From contig BQFW01000008.1 in assembly GCA_020891255.1 (NCBI GenBank), positions 496,001 to 560,000 of the forward strand: a stretch of DNA of 64,000 nucleotides, read 5' to 3'. This document shows positions 51,201 through 60,924 of the stretch, piece after piece; position 1 is the stretch's first letter, and each line of letters begins with the position of its first letter. The position numbers were made by a program, and so were the translations under genes. The notes under the pieces were generated by a model. It was not told where the DNA came from. It made no database searches and saw only the letters and a program-made list of their open reading frames with translations. Origin of the DNA: Entomortierella parvispora E1425. Lineage: Eukaryota; Fungi; Mortierellomycota.

Positions 51201-53577
51201 ATGAACGTACCTGCTTGCTTTAGAAAACTCCACGCTCGTGCCATGACATGAACCATCACGCACTCAAGTTTCACTAACAGAGTTCTCGCATCCGATGATA
51301 GCGCCGTCCCGGTCCTTTCGGCATCCATCCTCGTTGACCGTACAAGCAAACCAAGCTTCTCTAGAGCATCCTGTAAGACCTCAATAAAGCTCTTGACTGA
51401 AAAACTCAAAAAGTGTCGCTGTCTGAAATCCAAGTACTCGATCCAGAGACCTGGCCAGGACTTTTGCACCAATGTCGATTGCAAAAGCTCATCCCACTTT
51501 GTCAAGACCTTAGCAGGCTCCCAGCAAAGTCGGCAAGTATTCATGTAATGGAGCAAGAGATCTGGATCCGTTGGGTTTGACTCCAAAGCCCGTTCAAAGA
51601 TACTCAACTTGATCTCAGTATGACCAGTCGAGTGTCCTGAGGCAGCAGCAGTAGAACGGCGACTGGTGATTAAATCAATCTCGTCTCCTACTGCAATGAA
51701 TTCGAGCCATTTCGCAGGGTGCTTTGGATCCTATGATAAGATTAGATTTGGGCAACATTCCTGTTAGAATTCTACAAGCTTGTAGTCTCGTCCTCGCCGC
51801 AGCTTTATCCTTACTTTTCGAAGTTCTGCGTCGAGCATCATCCTTCGCCTGATCAAAACATCCATTGCGCTCTCTGCACATTCCTCTTCTTGATCGCTAG
51901 TGGTTTGAAGTAGGTCCTCGTCTTCTTCCTTGTATACCGACTTGCCATGAATGTCCCGATAATCGACCTTCTTTTGTGACTCCTCGAGTGATTCGCCGTC
52001 GCTATCACTGTCGCCTTTCTTATCTGACTTCCCAGAGGATTCTGGCCGGACGTTAAGCGAGATATAAGAAGAATTCTCGAGATGAAGATTCAGTTTTCTG
52101 GCAAGTTCCTCGGCCTTGGCTCTCGATATTCGCTTGTATTCATGACTTTGATCACGCCATGTTGCATGGTTGTCACTATACCGCATCGATTTTGAAGATC
52201 GCCCTCCTGTTCGCATTACGATCTGTTTGAATCCGATTTCCCTAGACTTTTCAAAATCAATCTTCACAGAGTCTGGTAACCCTAGAACCCGTCCGTCTAT
52301 GAACGATGATGTGTAATGTTAGCAAAGTTACCCATATTCTTTTTCAATGAATATAAAAAAAATTGATCCGCAAACCTACTTCCGGCCCGTGTGTACTTCG
52401 GAACTTCCAAAAGATTCGCCCCACCAAAACGGATGTTGTTTTGGTCACCTTTGACGTCCATGACCCATTCTCCAGGCTTTTGAACTTTCTGGATGTTCCG
52501 CTCTCCCCATCCGGTCTTTTGTGCTGGCTTTTGTGGAGGCGCTGTCTTTCTTTGTTGTGTTTCATGCGAGGCTTCATTGACATTGGTGATACGATTCCGC
52601 TCCTGATCCCGGTTCCTCCGAGCAGACAAACGAGCCTCATCGTTGTCGTTGCTGTATCTGCTCCTTTTGCGGTCCGGACTATAGCCGCGATCGCGTTCTC
52701 GCGGAGATCTCTCAGTGGACCCTCCAGACTGACCATGTTTGCTGGATGAGTAACTTGAGCTGCTGCGTTTCTCCTCGTGTTCTCTGGCCCTGTAACCTTC
52801 GCGAGTCCTGCCTGCTGGCCTATCTCCTCTCTCGGTATCGCGTTGTTTGTCTCGGCTCCTGTCGCTGTCTCTTGGACTATCTCTCCTACTATCGTCATGA
52901 CGCCTCTCTCTGTGCCTGTCCCTATCTCTCAGGCGATCACTCCGATCACCCCCATATCGACGCTCATTGTACCTGTCTCTAACATGCAGGCTATCTCTCC
53001 GATCATCTTCAGGTCGTCTGTCCTTGTTCTTGTCCTTGGCTTTTCTGTCACTGTCATCATGCCGACTTTTGTCGCCACTTTCACTTCTGAGTCGCTTGTC
53101 TGATGAGTCTTCAATTTCACTGGGCTTGCTCTTCCAGCTTTCGTCTCTAGAACTTGATTTAGCAGACTTTTCCTTGCCGCTGGACTTTTCTCTTTGCTTT
53201 TCCAGTTGTGGTGCGGGTATCTGGAACAGGGTATCGGCAGGGAAAGAAGAAAAACTGGGTGGCGCGGTGGATACTGTAGGTTTTGGCAATGCAAAATCGG
53301 GAAAGCTATCAAACTTTGGTGGCGGTGCTGTTGTTGCTGCAAAAGGAGTAGCAAATGTTGGTATATCAGTGGTCCTAGCACTTGACTGTGAGGTGGATGA
53401 AGGACAGGACCAGACGGTTAGACATGGATCGGCAACTAAATCGATGTATTGGGCGAAGCAACTATATGCGGACGTTTGGAGGAGCTCCATGGTCCAGGTA
53501 CATGCCTTTGAATTGCGGACGTCAAGGCTGTCGAGCATCTCGGCCGAGAATTGGGATTTCGGTGGGTCGTCAGACAT
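48223..53577 (-). CDS. NRDE2: NRDE2 / Nrl1-like HAT-repeat RNA-processing factor
   Basis: Multi-exon. Low-complexity R/D/S N-terminus, YTRAGNGRVLGLP, IFERALESNPTDPDLLLHYM, LWIEYLDFRQ, EDPYGIIIFDDIRPF, ALNDCPWCKDLYL, MLEKEIRIR. Confidence 0.88.
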
Positions 53578-53821
53578 TGTGCGTCTATGGTGGAAAGGAA
53601 GGACGTGGGACAAGAGGGGATGGAGATGAGAAAGGAGGGCAAGTTCATGACGCTTGCACGCGCACCGCGTATATGGAGGAATGGGCGACATGAATGGGGG
53701 CTTAGCTGGACTGCGTTTTGTCAACAAGATTCTGTTTACCCTTTTTTGTTGTGTCCGAGCATCGCCCTTGGTTCATTCACTCATTGTCCTCTCCTTTCCC
53801 TATCTCCACACACATTTCGCC

Positions 53822-54588
53822 ATGTTCTCCCTCGCACGGCCACTTGCTCGCATGACGAGCGCCATCCAGTCTCGCTTTGCCTCCACAGCTGCCAACGGTA
53901 CGATGGAACAACATTGGAGATTACAGGATTCGATTCTTGTGCACCCCTGAATATTCTGCCCAACTGATCAGGAACATGCCCATGGCGAACTTGACCTCTG
54001 CATACCAACCTCTACTGACATCGTGCCTTCATAATGTCTCTTCGTCCTTTATTTTCCTCTGGTTCATATCTTCGCCCAATATGTCGATATATAGCTGCCA
54101 AGGCAACTTACACCGCTCCTGCCTCGGTCATTGTTCCCAAGCAGTTCAAGCCCGTCACAAAAGGACATGGATTGATGGATTTGATCGCCAAGGAGGAGGT
54201 GAAGCGCCTGGGCGCTGACGGTCGCTCTAAACTTTTCAAAAAGTCCCACCCGGAGTGCCTTCGCCCCGGTGATGTTGTGTTGGTCGAGACTCTTAACTCC
54301 ATGTCGACTGACAAGACCAGCACCTTTGTCGGCGTCTTGATTGCGATGGATCGTCGTGGTACTCAGAGCAACTTCACCGTCCGGAATGTGGTCCTTAAGG
54401 TCGGTGTCGAGATGAAGTACATGCTTTACTCGCCCTTGATCAAGTCGGTTAGAGTGATGAAGCGTGGCGAGGGTTTCAGGAGAGCCAAGCTGTTCTATTT
54501 GAGAGACAACCCAGGACGTGCTTTCCGTTTGGAGGGATTGGTCAAGCAGGATAAGGCTGCCCAGGCCAAGAAGGCTGCCAAGGCATAA
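53822..54588 (+). CDS. IMG1: Mitochondrial ribosomal protein bL19m, 189 aa
   Basis: Exons 53822-53897 and 54095-54588. Presequence-like N-terminus and L19 core (RPGDVVLV..FVGVLIAMDRRG..FTVRNV..GVEMKYMLYSPLI..RRAKLFYLR). Confidence 0.92.
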
Positions 54589-55707
54589 ATTGCACTATCA
54601 GCAAGGAGAGAGAGAAAAACTATGGCACGGGAGACTTCCTTGCCACGTATCATAGACCTCGAGGCACAATCTTGTATAATACATCATCATCAAAAATAGA
54701 CGGTTGGCACTATAATGAACAAGCAATGGGTGGAGTAGATGAAGGTCAACGTGGCCGTCGATTGGTATACAGTATACAATAGCGCTCTTGGGGCTTCAGT
54801 TGGCTCCACAGTCTACACTCGGATCGGAGCCTACTGGGCAGCTCGTGCGAGCAAAGAAGACCGGTGACGTGAAAACAGCGCGAAAAAAAATTTCGAGCCA
54901 CATAAAGGTCGCCCCTCTCTGTGAGTTTTTGGATCTTTCTTTCGCGTTGATTTCTTAGATCCCCATGCTTGGATTCCCCGTCAGGAGAGTCCCTCGACAA
55001 TCACGCCGAGTTTAATAGCATGTGAATGAGTCATTGTCACGCAAGAATTATCTCCCTTCGTCACATGCCTGAACTCCTGCATGACTTTCGGGTCATGGAG
55101 CAGTGTCCCTCTTCGATCCCCTCTTTCAGCTGATCTAGTCGATCTTGCGGCTCATCATCCCATGTCCTTTTGCCTTTGCCTTCTTTTCCTTGGAACGACC
55201 TCTCCGACCCTTCCTCTGACCTATCTCACATGTAATTGTTCATTAAGCTGGCTTCACAGATCTAAAGTTTTTTTAGATCGCCGAGGCTGGTTGAAGGACA
55301 GTTATGAGACTGGCCATGGTTGGGACTTAGCAACTGATCTGAGGGACTGAGAGTGGAGATGAATGGTGCCGGTTGAGCGATGCTGTGTTCGGTAATGAAG
55401 ACAGTTGCTGGCAAAAGAGGATCTGGAATTCCTACAAGGAGGGATGTGGCCATGGATGTGGAAATTCTCTCTTTTTTATTTTTCAAAACAAATCAAAAAA
55501 AAAAAAAAAAAAAAAATCGCTCTTTGCAGCTGGTAGTTATGAGCAATTGAGGAAGAGGAGGAGTTGCTTGGCCCATTCTTTTTTTTTTTTGAATGCTATG
55601 ACGATGGACAGCTGTCATCACTTTCCTGTGCTGTCTGATATGATATCTTCCTCGAGACCTCAACGAAGTGTGTATATTGTGGATCGGCCAGTACGGTCAT
55701 CATTACA

Positions 55708-55944
55708 CTAGGTCGACGATGACGATGATGCAGAGGGGGGATCTCCTTTGTGTGAAGTGTCGATCTTTGTGTTCGTTCCAGTGACAAACTCCTTGACCAT
55801 TCTGGTGACTTCTGCAACAGCTCCTCCAGCAGCGGCGAGTGGAAGAGCAACGATCTTGGCGGCTTTTTGCCTTACGCCGTCGCGGTTGGGGTTGGGATCC
55901 GTGAAAGGTTTTGAAGTAGCGCTGGGCTTGTCTTGATCTGCCAT
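55708..55944 (-). CDS. Hypothetical 78-aa protein
   Basis: ATG in ACCATGG context gives MADQDKPSATSKPFTDPNPNRDGVRQKAAKIVALPLAAAGGAVAEVTRMVKEFVTGTNTKIDTSHKGDPPSASSSSST. A plausible 5'UTR intron lies upstream (acceptor 55983; donors 56117/56140). No family recognised. Confidence 0.5.
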   Translation of the reverse strand: MADQDKPSATSKPFTDPNPNRDGVRQKAAKIVALPLAAAGGAVAEVTRMVKEFVTGTNTKIDTSHKGDPPSASSSSST

Positions 55945-56480
55945 GGTCAGATTCGCGTGTTGCTGATGTTGACGCTTTGAAGCTGAAAGGAAAGTTTTTG
56001 TGAGTTGAAGAGATGGGAAGTTTTTTTTTGCTTCCTCATAAATGACAGCATCGTGACAGTCGAGACCGAGATTCCTTGCTGGGCCCAATGCCCCTCCTTG
56101 TCGCTGCCCGCCGTTACCGTTGTTCTCATCTGACCCTTACCATGACTATGAACGTGAGACATTTGTGGCCATTGCCATTCAGTTGTAGCTCCTGTGGCGT
56201 TGATCTTCTGAAACCCCTGTGCGACGCTTAGTCTTTGAGCTGCAGGGAAGAATGCGATGATAACGCGGTTTTCAGTATAGGAGCCGATCTTTGAAACTCT
56301 GACGCCTCTTCTGTGCTAGACCTTAGCACAATGTTCCTAACTCATTAATCTCTCCACCTGCCCACATGTGGGTATCATCTGCTCGAGGTGAGGTACGGAG
56401 CGCAGCTACACGCTTTTTTATTATTTTTTTGATTGGTTCGAGTGGTAGTTATGTTCGACAAGTGTGCTCCACCTCCTTTG

Positions 56481-56534
56481 CTCTCTGCTTTGATTTTCAG
56501 CCTCCACCTCTCTGCTGTGATTTTCAGCCTCCAC
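56481..56534. repeat. 27-bp tandem duplication (one mismatch) upstream of phosphate carrier copy 1
   Basis: CTCTCTGCTTTGATTTTCAGCCTCCAC (56481-56507) followed by CTCTCTGCTGTGATTTTCAGCCTCCAC (56508-56534). Confidence 0.9.
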
Positions 56535-57271
56535 CAAAGAGGTGATGGCGTCCAGATCAAGGTTTTTTTTTTTTTTTTTTCAAAAAAACACAAAATCAAA
56601 CAGTGGTCTGCAATGAAAAGGACGATGGACACGCGGTGGATTGATCGATCAAGTGTAGGCGGCAATGAACGATGGCCGGGTCTTTAATGAGCACCCTGAG
56701 GGAACAGAGAAAGAAGTACTGGGCGTCAATGTTTCTTCAGAAGATGGTATAGCTACTACATGAAGCGCATCCTACTCCTTGGATTGGGGACTCGATGACC
56801 CAAGGAACCTTGATCGACATTAGGCTAACAAATGAGCTTCGCTGCTTGCTCGGATATCGGCGACAGGGAAAGAGAAGAAGGTATTTCGCTAAAGCCGGGA
56901 TGAGATGGCGAAGAATAAAAAAAGGGGGGCCATTTCTCAACTCAGCTTCGGCATACACAAACACACTTGTCCAATTGCGCGTCCAGGAGCTTGCATTCGC
57001 CTTTCCACCATTGCGTCTGCGCTGATAATGAAGACTGTTGGTCCTTTCCTTCGCCCGATTTCCCTTTTTTGTGCCTCCGGACCAACAGAGTTCAAGAATT
57101 TGCTCTATCATAGAGCGGGTTCTCCCGCTGCAAAAGGATGTGGGCTCTGCCATAGAGTCTTGGCAATGGGCAGCAAAACATTTAAAGATGGGGCGTCGCC
57201 TCGGTCCCCTCCTTCCTCTTTCTGTTCTTCACTCACTCTCTCTCTCATCTCTCCTCTCCTTTTAATACACA

Positions 57272-58201
57272 ATGGCCGCCGCACAGCAAAAAACTGCCTA
57301 TGCTCCCACTGGCATTAATCTGTACTCTCGATTTGCCTTGGCTGGTGCTCTCGGATGCGGTATCACCCACGGTGCTTTGACCCCTGTCGATGTTGTCAAG
57401 ACTCGTATTCAGCTCGAGCCCACCGTCTACAACAAGGGCATGGCTGCTGGTTTCCGTCAGGTCATCAAGGCTGAGGGTGCTGGCGCCCTCTTGACCGGAT
57501 TCGGACCCACTTTCACTGGATATTCCCTTCAGGGCGCCTTCAAGTTTGGAGGTGTTGAACTCTGGAAGAAGATCATCATCGATTACATCGGCCCCCAGAA
57601 AGCCTTTGAGAACCGCACTGCTGTCTACATGGTCTCGTCCGGTATTGCCGAGTTCTTTGCTAGTGTTGCCCTTTGCCCTCTTGAGGCCACCCGTATCCGT
57701 CTCGTTTCCCAGCCTACCTTCGCCACCGGCCTCATTTCTGGTTTCACTCGCATCTTGAAGGAGGAGGGTGTTGTTCGTGGTTTCTACTCTGGATTCGGTC
57801 CCATCCTGCTCAAGCAGGTTCCTTACACTATGACCAAGTTCGTCGTCTATGAGCACGCCGCCGACTTTATTCTCAACATCGTTGGACCCAAGGAGAGCTT
57901 GTCTTCAGCCGCCGATACCGGAGTCAACCTGGGATCTGGTCTTATTGCCGGTATTGCTGCCGCCATTGTCTCCCAGCCCGCTGATACCCTCCTCTCCAAG
58001 ATCAACAAGTCCTCTGGTACCGGATCCATCCTCTCGCGTCTCGGTGGTTTGGCTAGTGAGCTCGGAGTCAGAGGTCTCTTCTTGGGCTTGGGTCCTCGTA
58101 TTGCCATGGTCGGTACCCTCACCGCTTTCCAGTTCGCCATCTACGGTGACATCAAGAAGGCCTTGGGTGCCACCAACTCTGTCGAGATCCGCAAGGCTTA
58201 A
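57272..58201 (+). CDS. MIR1: Mitochondrial phosphate carrier (MIR1/SLC25A3 family), copy 1, intronless, 309 aa
   Basis: Single ORF with [75 protein letters not shown]. Confidence 0.95.
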   Translation: MAAAQQKTAYAPTGINLYSRFALAGALGCGITHGALTPVDVVKTRIQLEPTVYNKGMAAGFRQVIKAEGAGALLTGFGPTFTGYSLQGAFKFGGVELWKKIIIDYIGPQKAFENRTAVYMVSSGIAEFFASVALCPLEATRIRLVSQPTFATGLISGFTRILKEEGVVRGFYSGFGPILLKQVPYTMTKFVVYEHAADFILNIVGPKESLSSAADTGVNLGSGLIAGIAAAIVSQPADTLLSKINKSSGTGSILSRLGGLASELGVRGLFLGLGPRIAMVGTLTAFQFAIYGDIKKALGATNSVEIRKA

Positions 58202-59211
58202 GAAAGCCAGGCCTCAAAGTCAACCTCCACTCTTTGACGTTCACTCACGAATCACCACCCACAACAACAACCTTCACTCAGTCATCCATTGTGCATAGAA
58301 TAGCAGACGAGGATTCCCGACGAGTCTTGCGCTGGAAAGGTACCTCTGAAGCTCCCCTTCCTCCCCTGCAACCTATCTTCAAATAGAAGTTCTTTTTTTC
58401 ATGTTACTTCAGTTGTTCTTGCTGTATTTAATTGAAAGGGGGAATATGTTCAGGTACAGTTCACGAGTCGCTTTTAGATTGCTTGCCCTGATCAGTCGCA
58501 GTCGTCAGGACAGTGACATAGCATGCAAGAGTGGGCACAGACATGTCCGTCACCATCAACAATGACCACCACTACGAGCACTACCTCACTACTCCCACCA
58601 CCAGGAAACAGGAAGGAACCACGACAACCACACCTCACCCAAGGAAACCATCCATCCACTTCATTACTCTTCATCCATTATCGATTCGATTGAACGACGA
58701 CCGACTGTCGACAGGGAAGCTCAATCAAGTAAACGAGTTTGAGTTTTGATTGCTCGCCTCGATCAACTCCAAAAAGGTGTGATCCGTCCGTCATTCTGGA
58801 GTGGAGCAACAGAGCTGAGCACGGGCGGGGGGCGGACAGAGGAAAGGAATGGGCTCACGTGAGACGATTATTGGGTCTCCTCCACTCTCCAGCAACCTTT
58901 TCCCTTTGGCCCATGTGCGGAACTTGAACAGGAGAGAAGCAAGGAAGCAAAGGACGAAAAAGACGTCACTCCAATGAGCGCTTCGCTCGTTCGTTCGAAC
59001 AACGAACGAGATAAGCCTCTCCGGTTGTTCCGGCCGACAGGATCCGCCTGGCTGGCGATGTTTCGATCTGGCACAGACACAGGACGCAGTCAGGACAGAC
59101 ACAGACCGGCAGCCAGCGGGTATTTTTGGCACACAGGGCAGGGACGCAATTTTTTTTTCTTTCTTTCTTCCCTTTCATCACCCCTCCCCACTCTCCCCTC
59201 TTTTCATCGCC

Positions 59212-60625
59212 ATGTCCTCCATCCAGACCCAGGCCTCTGTTGCCCCCACCGGTGCTGCCCTCTACGCCCGCTTCGCCCTTGCCGGCGCCATCTGCTGCGG
59301 TGTCACCCACGGTGCCCTCACCCCCGTCGGTAAGCTCATGTTCCCTGTTTCTGATCCATTCCGTTGGATTCAGATCGATCTGGTTCCCTTTCCCGGATCC
59401 TCGATCAAATCTCTTTTCCAATGCACTCTATGACGCACTCGAGTTGCTAACTTGTCTTTTTCTTTTTTGCCTGTTATCGATAGATGTCGTCAAGACCCGC
59501 ATCCAGCTCGAGCCTACCGTCTACAACAAGGTACCGTCACTATCCAATATTCAGTCTTTCAGCCCTGATAGTATCATGGGCTATATCACCAGGAACGAAT
59601 AAGCAAGCAGATCTGGAGCATCGAAGGCGCACCGACCACACTCTCTCTCTGTACTTCTTGCAGAAGTGGAGGGTGGGTCGACAAGCCGTCTCTTCTCTTT
59701 GCTCTGCAGGCCATCCTTTCGTCCTTCTTTGTCCGGGATGGAGAAACCAGTGTTTTCTAGCTTCCGCCGTTGTTTCACCTCGCCACTCCTCTCTCGAATC
59801 ATATCCATCCCCTCAAGAGACTAACTTGTTGCAATCAATGATGCTCTTGACAATGATTAGGGTATGGCCGCTGGTTTCCGTCAGGTCGTCAAGGCTGAGG
59901 GTGCTGGCGCTCTCTTGACCGGATTCGGCCCCACCTTCGCTGGTTACTTCATGCAGGGTGCCTTCAAGTTCGGTGGTTACGAGTTCTGGAAGAAGACCAT
60001 CATTGAGTCTGTTGGTCAGGAGAACGCCGTCAACAACCGCACTGCCATCTACTTGGTTTCGTCCGGTATCGCCGAGTTCTTCGCCGATGTTGCCCTCTGC
60101 CCCCTCGAGGCCACCCGTATCCGTCTCGTTTCCCAGCCCACCTTCGCCACCGGTCTCGTTTCTGGTTTCTCTCGCATCTTGAAGGAGGATGGTGTTATCC
60201 GCGGTTTCTACTCCGGATTCGGCCCCATCTTGCTTAAGCAGATCCCCTACACCATGGCCAAGTTCGTCGTTTTCGAGCGTGCCTCCGAGGCCATCCTCGC
60301 CTCCGCTGGACCCAAGGAGAACTTGTCTGATGCCACCTTGACCGGTATCAACTTGGGATCTGGTCTCATTGCCGGTGTTGCTGCTGCCATTGTCTCCCAG
60401 CCCGCTGATACCCTCCTCTCCAAGATCAACAAGACCTCCGGCAGTGGATCCGTCATGACCCGCCTCGTTGGTTTGGCTGGTGAGCTCGGTGCCAAGGGTC
60501 TCTTCTTGGGCTTGGGTCCCCGTATCGTCATGGTCGGTACCCTCACCGCTTTCCAGTTCGCCATCTACGGTGACATCAAGAAGGCTTTGGGCGCCACCGG
60601 CGGTGTTGAGATTCGCAAGGCTTAA
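59212..60625 (+). CDS. MIR1: Mitochondrial phosphate carrier (MIR1/SLC25A3 family), copy 2, two introns, 309 aa
   Basis: Exons 59212-59329, 59484-59530, 59861-60625 (930 nt). Canonical KFGGYEFWK and [14 protein letters not shown]. Confidence 0.96.
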
Positions 60626-60924
60626 ATACACCTCCTCCCTTTCCTTCCTCCTCATCCCTTCCTCATGCTTTCATAATTTTCCACACTTCATAAACAATAA
60701 ACGCAATAGCATTGTTATCATAGAAAACTCTGGCGACTCCCTCAGCATCAAGGACGTTTGGAACGAGTGGTTTTTTTTTTTTTTGTTGATTCATCCCCGG
60801 TCGGCGCGCCAAAAAGGGCAATTTCGAAATTCACTCGTGCACGTGATACAATCATTGACGCCACCAATTCTATTCAAGAGGTTTTTTTTATTTTTTTTTC
60901 GAAGATGGGGAGGGGGATTTTTTT

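Noticed and set aside
55270-55465. Two short peptide-like stretches sharing W..SY..G.GHG
   Set aside because: The similarity is short, the stretches are interrupted by stops, and no gene model could be built.
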